Assembly (NCBI GenBank): GCA_017633495.1
Contig: JAGBPE010000235.1
Coordinates: forward strand, 1-38,277
Length of the DNA stretch: 38,277 nt
Source of the DNA: Bacteroidales bacterium
GTDB lineage: Bacteria > Bacteroidota > Bacteroidia > Bacteroidales > WCHB1-69
Reading direction: 5' to 3'
Of the stretch, positions 1 to 7,118 are shown piece by piece. The notes beneath the pieces were generated by a model, which searched no databases, had not been told where the DNA came from, and was given only the letters and a program-made list of their open reading frames with translations. Made by a program: the position numbers and the translations under genes. How positions within the stretch are numbered: the stretch's first letter is position 1; every line of letters starts with the position of its first letter.

Positions 1-1
1 A

Positions 2-241
2 GCCGACATCACCATCAACAAGAATATGGTGCCGTTCGACACTCGTTCCGCATTCCAGACCTCTGGTATCCGCGTGGGTACTCCCGCCATCACCACCCGC
101 GGTCTGAAAGAGAACGACATGCCCGTCATCGTGGAGATGATCGACAAGGTGCTCTGCGACGTCGAGAACGAGGAACTCATCGCCAAGACCCGTAAGACGG
201 TCAACGACATGATGCACGATCGTCCGCTCTTCGCTTGGTAG
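2..241 (+). CDS. glyA: Serine hydroxymethyltransferase, 3' end (truncated by window edge)
   Basis: Frame open from base 2: [34 protein letters not shown] is the conserved SHMT C-terminal motif. Confidence 0.96.
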   Translation, partial: ADITINKNMVPFDTRSAFQTSGIRVGTPAITTRGLKENDMPVIVEMIDKVLCDVENEELIAKTRKTVNDMMHDRPLFAW

Positions 242-246
242 TCAAT

Positions 247-298
247 CAATAACTAAAAAAAATGCCCCGTCGTCACGGGGCATTTTTTTTAGTTATTG
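247..298. terminator. Bidirectional rho-independent terminator
   Basis: Perfect 24-bp arms CAATAACT-A8-TGCCCCGT / loop CGTC / ACGGGGCA-T8-AGTTATTG between convergent genes. Confidence 0.92.
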
Positions 299-1711
299 TT
301 TCGGATTCTTCTTCCGCCAATTGTCGTAATGTCCCCAGTTGAAGACAATTCCCGCAGTGGCGGTCAACTGTGAAACGTTCTTCACCGAAAGCGCGGCGAT
401 GATGTTCTGCGTGCCGGCATAGATGTTCAAGTAACCGAGGTTAAAGCCCACCCCTATTCCGAGATTGTCGTAAGAATGGCGCTGCATGGTGTAGGCCACG
501 CAAACGTCAATCGAATTGAAGAACAATCCGTCGTAAGCCAACGTGAGTGAGGGCTGGAAGTAGTTCTTGGCAAAGCGGAACTGCGTGGCGGCACTCACGC
601 GGTGATGCTTGGCAAACTCATAATCAGCCTGCAATACCAATCTCGGAGTGAGTCCCGTCGTATAGCTCCCTGTAGGCGCAATGCCCATGGGAAAATACTG
701 CGCCAAGGTGTCCAATAGTTCTTCGTAACCCTCCCCGTTCATCAGGGCTTCAATCTGCGACTGAGACAGTCCACTGAAAGTGAAAGAGCCGTCTTGGTAC
801 ACACTGCCATCATCGTCCAAACTGCTGGTCATCCGCGTCGTGGAGGTGTTCCAGTTGATGAACCCAAAATCCAAAAGTCCAGCCGACAAGTTGAGCGACT
901 CCATCAATTTATAGGAAAAGCCCATATCCAAACCGAATCCGACATTCTTGAAGACATTCCCCGCAATCTTTTTGGCATCATTGTCTATTTCGAAATTGAA
1001 ACCATCCTGCTGGTTGAAAGTCATGGTGAAAGGTACAACGGCAGCAGCACGCATGAGCGCGGCGTATGTCATGGTGATGGTGTAATCCGTCGGGTCGGTG
1101 TACACCTGCGCGTTAAGGTACTGCGTATTGATGTTGGCCACTCCGAAGAGCAATTTCGGACGCACACCCCAGGAAATTTTGTCGTTGACTTGATGGCGGA
1201 AACTGACCCCCAACTCCTGATAAGCATTAAGGTTGATGCCCAATTTCAAATCGGCTGGCTCATCCACGTATGCCATATTGCCGTAAATGGGCAAACCAAG
1301 CACATCGCGAGAGTAGGTAAAGTCGAGATTGGTGCGCAACCTATGGTCAACCGTCAAGAAAAATTTGTCCTTAATACGAAAACCTATGCCAAAAATTTCC
1401 AAATCAGCATTAACCCCTAAATAGTTTTTGTCGGAAAGGCTGTTCACGAATGTCGTGGCGGTCAGCACCGTCGGGTAGCCCTCTTCATTGGTCGCAAAGA
1501 GGTTTTTGTATCGTATGGAACCCAAATTCACACCGACTTGGATATTGCCGGTGGGCAGGCTGACATAACCGTTATAAATGGTGGAACTAGACGGCAGATC
1601 GTTGTGCTGAAACGGTGAAATCCGCATGAAATGGGTCACATCCAACGCTTGTCCGCTCACTGAAAAACAAAAGCAGCCCCACATGAACAATGTGAAGATA
1701 ATCTTCCTCAT
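293..1711 (-). CDS. Outer-membrane beta-barrel protein, DUF5723-like
   Basis: 472 aa; N-terminal signal peptide; alternating amphipathic strands (GFGLDMGFSY, NLGIGVGFNLG, AGIVFNWG); resembles Bacteroidota DUF5723. Confidence 0.7.
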   Translation of the reverse strand: MRKIIFTLFMWGCFCFSVSGQALDVTHFMRISPFQHNDLPSSSTIYNGYVSLPTGNIQVGVNLGSIRYKNLFATNEEGYPTVLTATTFVNSLSDKNYLGVNADLEIFGIGFRIKDKFFLTVDHRLRTNLDFTYSRDVLGLPIYGNMAYVDEPADLKLGINLNAYQELGVSFRHQVNDKISWGVRPKLLFGVANINTQYLNAQVYTDPTDYTITMTYAALMRAAAVVPFTMTFNQQDGFNFEIDNDAKKIAGNVFKNVGFGLDMGFSYKLMESLNLSAGLLDFGFINWNTSTTRMTSSLDDDGSVYQDGSFTFSGLSQSQIEALMNGEGYEELLDTLAQYFPMGIAPTGSYTTGLTPRLVLQADYEFAKHHRVSAATQFRFAKNYFQPSLTLAYDGLFFNSIDVCVAYTMQRHSYDNLGIGVGFNLGYLNIYAGTQNIIAALSVKNVSQLTATAGIVFNWGHYDNWRKKNPKQ

Positions 1712-1722
1712 AACGATCTCTG

Positions 1723-3291
1723 TTAGTTATTCACCAAGCTATTCAAGTCCACGTTCATCCGCGCACCCAACTGAATACGAATCGCTTGCGCCACATTGAT
1801 GGAGATTGACGTTCCGTCAGTATAGAGTCGAGCCTCCAAGATGATATTGTCGCAAGAAAGCATCCTCTGCACCTCCTGATAGCTCTCTTTAGTGGCGTAA
1901 ACCTCGCTGAAACGGGGCGTTCCATTCAACGCACTCAACACCGTTTGCGGTTCCGTAAAGAGACTGTCTTTCACCGTACCCGTCTGTGAATCATAGAAAT
2001 AAGCCTGCAATTGGAAGTTCAGCGGTAGCCCGTTGGTAAGTCCCATACGCAGCAGCATATTGGAGAATGCTGATTCGTTCGGGAGTGAGAGACCGCCGAA
2101 AGGTATCGTATCGCGGAACGAGATATCGTCCATGTTCATCTCTAGCGGAAGCACCACGCAAAAACGCATACTGATCACCTGATCATCGCGCAACACCAAC
2201 GTCGGGGTGCTGAAACCGTCGGGATTGATGGTGGCATTTCCTTTCAGCTTGAAGTGGTCGAAATTGGGAGAAAGCATCAAAGAACTGGTTATCGGCAAGT
2301 TGACAGGGATAAACTGTTGCGTGCTACCAGGAATCTCCACCGTAGCGGGAGAATAGGCGAGCAGTGAGGAAGATGTGCCACCTCCTGAAAGCTGGGCCTG
2401 GTTCAGCACAACGTTCCCCCGTACAGGAAACGTGTTCAATATCTCGCAAGTTACCTGCGGATTCAGCAACGTCATGCTCCCGGAAATATGATCGCGCAAG
2501 AATTCGCTGTCGAAATCCCACTCTTTATCCACCGGAAGGTTCACAGCGACAAATTTGCCGCGGATTTCAGAGAATGAAACCTGGCTGAATGCAGCACGAT
2601 AGTTGAATGTCAGCTGGTTTGGCAAAGATCCTATGTTCGCATCACAAGAAACTTCCATGAAAAAGTCTATCTTATTGTCAGACAGAACGGTAAGGGAATA
2701 ACCACTGAGATCCAACGTCGTGGTGTAGGATCCACCGCTGGACTGCGCCTGCACATGGAATGGCTGGCCGGAAGCACTGGTCAATTGCGGACATGTGACA
2801 TCGATCATTGTCGGCTGCGTCAGGTTATAAGTGACCTGCAGCTGAATCTGACCCGACTTCAGCGAAGCACTCTCCAGCAACACCATGTCGGTGGGGAACT
2901 GCGTGGTCAAAGTGTCTTTATACAACACCTGAACATTCCCTTGAACAGGAGGCAAATCGCCTAAGGAGAGGGTTTTGGTTCCCTCCACAGATATATCGTT
3001 GTCTATATACGAATCCAAATACTCTGACGCGGAAATCACCGAATCGAAGGTATACTCGTAACGGATTTCAAGCGTTCCATCGCTTCCTTGCTGAAGATAG
3101 CCGACATTGTCGCTCATCTCCAATATGTCACCAATGGTGTATTCGGCGTTGAGCAACGGAAAACCCCAATCGCCGTTCGCGTCAATCTCATCAAGTTGAG
3201 AAAAATTGAAAGCATTGTGGTTACAACCGATGAAAGAAAACGACATCAGCAGGAGTGCAACCCCAAGAAAAGTGTGTAATATTTGTCGCAT
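1723..3291 (-). CDS. Hypothetical lipoprotein, beta-rich
   Basis: Lipobox-like FIGC after a hydrophobic stretch; start moved to ATG 3291 because a TATTTTTG promoter box overlaps the track's TTG start. Confidence 0.7.
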   Translation of the reverse strand: MRQILHTFLGVALLLMSFSFIGCNHNAFNFSQLDEIDANGDWGFPLLNAEYTIGDILEMSDNVGYLQQGSDGTLEIRYEYTFDSVISASEYLDSYIDNDISVEGTKTLSLGDLPPVQGNVQVLYKDTLTTQFPTDMVLLESASLKSGQIQLQVTYNLTQPTMIDVTCPQLTSASGQPFHVQAQSSGGSYTTTLDLSGYSLTVLSDNKIDFFMEVSCDANIGSLPNQLTFNYRAAFSQVSFSEIRGKFVAVNLPVDKEWDFDSEFLRDHISGSMTLLNPQVTCEILNTFPVRGNVVLNQAQLSGGGTSSSLLAYSPATVEIPGSTQQFIPVNLPITSSLMLSPNFDHFKLKGNATINPDGFSTPTLVLRDDQVISMRFCVVLPLEMNMDDISFRDTIPFGGLSLPNESAFSNMLLRMGLTNGLPLNFQLQAYFYDSQTGTVKDSLFTEPQTVLSALNGTPRFSEVYATKESYQEVQRMLSCDNIILEARLYTDGTSISINVAQAIRIQLGARMNVDLNSLVNN

Positions 3292-3315
3292 AAGCCATAG
3301 AATTTTTAACTGCGA

Positions 3316-3323
3316 CAAAAATA
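3316..3323 (-). promoter_or_regulatory. Bacteroidota housekeeping promoter -7 box
   Basis: TATTTTTG (TAnnTTTG) on minus strand, about 25 nt upstream of ATG 3291. Confidence 0.65.
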
Positions 3324-3367
3324 CAAAAAATAAATTACATCATCAACAACTAAAACAGTGCAAAAAA

Positions 3368-4177
3368 TTATGTCCTGATAATCCTCACCCTTCCAGTTGC
3401 CTGGTTCTCTATTCCATTGTAGAAGAATGTGAACTCATAATAATAGATGCCTTCGGGACAGTCGCGGCCACCCCAAGTGTTCTGATAATTATTACTTTGA
3501 TAGACCACTCGACCATTCTTGTCGCGAACAATCAGCTTCGGAGACGTATACTGATCCAACCCTTCAATTACGAACAAATCGTTGACACCATCGCCATTTG
3601 GAGTAAACAGATTGGGGATTCTCAACTGCGTCGGCTTCGACCAGTCCACACTACCGTCGGAAAGATTCTTCAAGACAGGATCTTCAGCCAGCTGTTTAGC
3701 CAACGTGGAGTTGGCGGGTAGCACCTCCTGTTTGACATTCTGTTTCACAGGGGCCTTCTCGGTTTTATTTGAGACCTCCTGAGCGGGAACTTCCTCAGGT
3801 GCAGGGTTCTCCACAACAGGCTTCACCTCTTTCACCACAGGCAATTCCTCGGCAGGCGCCTCTTCAACAACTACCTTAGGTTCAACCACTTCCGATTCAA
3901 TCACCTCCTCTATCTTATCCATAGACTCCAACACGGCCAAGTCGTTGGGTTTGGAACTGCGATCAGGATGATACGCAAGCGTTCCAAGGGTTACACCTCC
4001 CAACACCAACAAACCTGAAACAACACCGATCACGGTTTTCTTCGCCACCGAAAGATTCGACCAAGACGAGGATTTACCCGTCGGCATCTCCACGTCCAAA
4101 CGCCCGCTCAACCTCTCCCATACATCCTCAGAGGGGCTCTTACTGTGTTCCTTCAACAAATCTTTAATTGTATTCAT
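3368..4177 (-). CDS. Anti-sigma-like membrane protein with T9SS type B (gliding motility-associated, CHU_C) C-terminal domain
   Basis: N-terminal PSEDVWERL, single TM helix (VIGVVSGLLVLGGVTLGTLAY), E/V/P/K-rich linker, C-terminal IPNLFTPNGDGVNDLF...PEGIYYY...GRVRIIR; lies directly downstream of an ECF sigma gene. Confidence 0.75.
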   Translation of the reverse strand: MNTIKDLLKEHSKSPSEDVWERLSGRLDVEMPTGKSSSWSNLSVAKKTVIGVVSGLLVLGGVTLGTLAYHPDRSSKPNDLAVLESMDKIEEVIESEVVEPKVVVEEAPAEELPVVKEVKPVVENPAPEEVPAQEVSNKTEKAPVKQNVKQEVLPANSTLAKQLAEDPVLKNLSDGSVDWSKPTQLRIPNLFTPNGDGVNDLFVIEGLDQYTSPKLIVRDKNGRVVYQSNNYQNTWGGRDCPEGIYYYEFTFFYNGIENQATGRVRIIRT

Positions 4178-4207
4178 TTGACTTTTACAATTGCAAAATA
4201 TAAAAAA

Positions 4208-4759
4208 CTAGTCTTTTTCCAATTTTAATCTTTCCATCAACCACTTCCTTCCCCGCATATACGAATTGCGGACAGCATTCTCCTTTTTGTCCAGCATTTG
4301 CGCAATTTCGGTGAAAGAGTATTCATCTACAGCCTTGAGGTTGAAAACCACCCGCATCGCTTCAGGCATTTGTTGGATCAGCTGCAACAGCTGATCCGCC
4401 ACAAGATTCGTTCTGATCTGTTCTTCCTCGTCAACATTCTCCAACAATTCCATATTCTCAGTGAGAATCTCCATGCGAAAACGACTGGAGTTGCGAAAAT
4501 GACTGATGGCAAAATTGAGCATCACTGATGTCACCCAAGTGCCAAAAGCACTTTTGTGTTGATAGGAGCCCAAATTTTTAAAGATCTGCATAAACCCCTC
4601 CATCAGCAAATCCTCCGCCTCTTCATCCGAACTGCTATAACGCCTACAAAGCCCGAACAGCTCCGACGAATACCTGTCATACAGCTGCCGTTGGCTCAAC
4701 CGGTCGTTTTTCAAACATCCAGCGATAATCTTTTCGATGTCAGAATCTATCTCCTTCAC
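4208..4759 (-). CDS. ECF-family RNA polymerase sigma factor
   Basis: 183 aa; region 2 (QRQLYDRY, EAEDLLMEGF, FGTWVTSVMLN) and region 4 (RVVFNLKAVDEYSFTEIAQML); GTG start. Confidence 0.93.
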   Translation of the reverse strand: MKEIDSDIEKIIAGCLKNDRLSQRQLYDRYSSELFGLCRRYSSSDEEAEDLLMEGFMQIFKNLGSYQHKSAFGTWVTSVMLNFAISHFRNSSRFRMEILTENMELLENVDEEEQIRTNLVADQLLQLIQQMPEAMRVVFNLKAVDEYSFTEIAQMLDKKENAVRNSYMRGRKWLMERLKLEKD

Positions 4760-4766
4760 ATTATAT

Positions 4767-4795
4767 TAGACGCGTGAAGTGTCGATTTTATCACA
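4767..4795 (-). promoter_or_regulatory. Putative ECF-sigma (autoregulatory) promoter
   Basis: TGTGAT-N17-CGTCTA on minus strand, ending 7 nt before the sigma GTG start. Confidence 0.5.
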
Positions 4796-4809
4796 TTTAA
4801 AATGAAAAA

Positions 4810-5790
4810 TTATTGTATCGACTTCACAACTGCCTCAACCTCACGCAGATAGTCTCTCTTTTTTTCTTGCGGAGCATACACAAATCCGTCCACAGTAATA
4901 CAGGAAAGGCTGTCGGGGGAGATTTGGGTGAAACTGTAGAAAGGTCCCCCCATCTTGTCGCGCACAGATGCCCACAATCCCCTCAATTCCAGACCTTCAT
5001 GGTAACGAATCTGCAGTTTTTCCGCCAACGGATAACCCTCCAAATCGGCCACAATGGGGTAAGCACCGGCAACAGCCCCTTGGATGTAGGCTTTGGTGAT
5101 GCGGTCGCGCTCGGCCACCACATTCTCTTTTGTAAGTTCATAACGAGGTGATTTGTAAATCATTACAAATCTGTCATTCTTTGGAGTACGGAAACAAAGC
5201 CACAGGAAATCTTCCTCTTCACGACCGACAAAATAGCCGTCCGGCACTGTCATCTTAATGCCGAATTTTTCATAAATTTTCTTCTCCAACACCGCGTTGT
5301 TCAACTTCCGATGGGCATTTTGCAAACGGGCAATGTCGTTTTCGTACATGGCTTTCACAATCTCGTCTTGATGGGCGAGAAAGAGTGCCAGACAGGAATC
5401 CTGATGATTGCCCTTGATGACAATCAATACCTGAGGATTGGCAATCGGATTTTTGACAATCTCGAATGTATTCGCCGAATAATCAGGACTATAGTCAAAT
5501 TGAACGATGTTGCGATGCCGCATGAACGAAGCCTTGTAATCGGCATTGGAACATTGGATGATGTCGAACATCGGCTCGATTTGGTTGATGGCAGGTTGAG
5601 GCTGTTGCAGCACAGCATAAATCGCCTTCTTTGCCGAAGTGCTCCAGTAGCTCGTATCGATAGCCAGGATCATCTCACCTGCCTTGCCTGTCGAAAAATT
5701 GTCCACCTTGATGGATGGGGTTGAATTATGATGGCAGGAGACCATCGTCACAAGCAGCAATACCGCTGCGAGGTAGCTGATTTTTTTCAT
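4810..5790 (-). CDS. DUF4837-like lipoprotein
   Basis: MKKISYLAAVLLLVTMVSC lipobox; motifs STGKAGE, Q.EPMF, ELRGLW, MGGPF, DGFVYAP..KKRDY recall DUF4837. Confidence 0.8.
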   Translation of the reverse strand: MKKISYLAAVLLLVTMVSCHHNSTPSIKVDNFSTGKAGEMILAIDTSYWSTSAKKAIYAVLQQPQPAINQIEPMFDIIQCSNADYKASFMRHRNIVQFDYSPDYSANTFEIVKNPIANPQVLIVIKGNHQDSCLALFLAHQDEIVKAMYENDIARLQNAHRKLNNAVLEKKIYEKFGIKMTVPDGYFVGREEEDFLWLCFRTPKNDRFVMIYKSPRYELTKENVVAERDRITKAYIQGAVAGAYPIVADLEGYPLAEKLQIRYHEGLELRGLWASVRDKMGGPFYSFTQISPDSLSCITVDGFVYAPQEKKRDYLREVEAVVKSIQ

Positions 5791-5836
5791 ATTTTTAAAA
5801 TTTATTTTTTCCATTGTTTTATATTCAATTATTTTT

Positions 5837-5871
5837 TATTTTTGCAGTGTGAAAATAAAACCGCAAAAATA
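5837..5871. promoter_or_regulatory. Face-to-face pair of housekeeping -7 promoter boxes
   Basis: TATTTTTG on plus at 5837-5844 (towards dprA) and TATTTTTG on minus at 5864-5871 (towards the DUF4837 gene). Confidence 0.6.
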
Positions 5872-5900
5872 AAACAATTATTATAAACTGAAAGCAAAAA

Positions 5901-6998
5901 ATGTACACAGAACTTTTTTATCGCATTGCACTTAGCAAAACAGCTGGGCTCGGAAAGTCAGCCCACAAGCAGATTTTGGCCGCCGCCGGCTCTGCACAAA
6001 ACGTATTCGAATTCCCGGAATCTTGGCAACGGAAGCTACAAAACCGCAAACGCTGTGCCGTGGACATCCGACTGACAGACAATATCAAATCACTGGTTGA
6101 ACGGGAGTTATGGCTCATGGAGAAGTACAACGTCCAACAATGCCACTACTTGGACACCTCCTACCCACAACGGCTGAAACGGTGCCCCGACGCGCCGGTA
6201 TCATTTTACTACAAAGGTTCCGGCGATTTCAACCGGCCGCGGATGTTGGCGGTGGTGGGTACGCGCAACGCCACCTCTTACGGAGCCAAGAGTCTGGGCA
6301 AAATCCTGGACGAACTGAAAGAGAGCGGCATCGCGACCATCAGCGGATTGGCATACGGCATCGACACCGTCGCCCACGAAGAGTCACTAAAGCTCGGAAT
6401 CCCCACGATTGCTGTGCTGGGCAACGGTCTGCACACCGTCTATCCATATAGCAACAAGGACCTGTCGGAGAGGATTTTGGCAACCGGAGGCACGCTCATC
6501 AGCGAGTTCGACTTCGACACAGGTCCCGACCGGATGAACTTCCCTGCACGCAACCGCATCATCGCGGGCATGTCTGACGCGGTGCTGGTGGCCGAAAGCG
6601 GCAGCAAGGGCGGCAGCATCATCACGGCAAACATCGCGAGTTCCTACAACAGGGACATTTTCGCCATTCCTGGCAGCATTTTCGACGAAATGCACGACGG
6701 CTGCCACGAGCTGATACGCAAAAACATCGCCGCGATGGTCACCTCCGGAAGCGACCTCTTGGAGATGATGAACTGGGACGCTGCTCCAAAATCTGTTCAA
6801 ACGCAACTGTTTCCAGAACTATCTGAAGAAGAAGATCTTATATACAGATTTTTGCTACAAGGGAAGAAAAACATCGATGAGATTTCAGAACATTGCAACC
6901 AGTTTTCCCCATCCAAATTGGCAGGATTATTGCTGACCATGGAGCTCAAAGGCGTGATTTTCGCGTTACCGGGAAAAAGTTACAGTACTGAATTGTAG
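5901..6998 (+). CDS. dprA: DNA-processing protein DprA
   Basis: AVVGTRNATSYG, ISGLAYGID, FPARNRIIAG, SKGGSIITA motifs plus C-terminal winged helix. Confidence 0.95.
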   Translation: MYTELFYRIALSKTAGLGKSAHKQILAAAGSAQNVFEFPESWQRKLQNRKRCAVDIRLTDNIKSLVERELWLMEKYNVQQCHYLDTSYPQRLKRCPDAPVSFYYKGSGDFNRPRMLAVVGTRNATSYGAKSLGKILDELKESGIATISGLAYGIDTVAHEESLKLGIPTIAVLGNGLHTVYPYSNKDLSERILATGGTLISEFDFDTGPDRMNFPARNRIIAGMSDAVLVAESGSKGGSIITANIASSYNRDIFAIPGSIFDEMHDGCHELIRKNIAAMVTSGSDLLEMMNWDAAPKSVQTQLFPELSEEEDLIYRFLLQGKKNIDEISEHCNQFSPSKLAGLLLTMELKGVIFALPGKSYSTEL

Positions 6999-7023
6999 AG
7001 ACGCGATTAATCGCGTCTCTACA
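6994..7023. repeat. GTAG-type REP-like palindrome, copy 1
   Basis: Perfect 30-bp palindrome TGTAGAGACGCGATTAATCGCGTCTCTACA; near-identical copy at 32352-32380. Confidence 0.85.
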
Positions 7024-7065
7024 TAATGCACACGCGATCCACACACGAAAACACAAAAAATTACG

Positions 7066-7098
7066 TTTGCATGGGTATTTATATTTTGTGTACCTTTG
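7066..7098 (+). promoter_or_regulatory. Housekeeping promoter (-33/-7)
   Basis: TTTG (7066-7069), 21-nt spacer, TACCTTTG (7091-7098), ATG at 7119. Confidence 0.7.
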
Positions 7099-7118
7099 CG
7101 CCCTCAAATATATTGAAT

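Noticed and set aside
247-298. 24-bp perfect inverted repeat as a MITE or cruciform element
   Set aside because: The GC stem with A8/T8 flanks between convergent genes is adequately explained as a bidirectional terminator; no second copy was seen.
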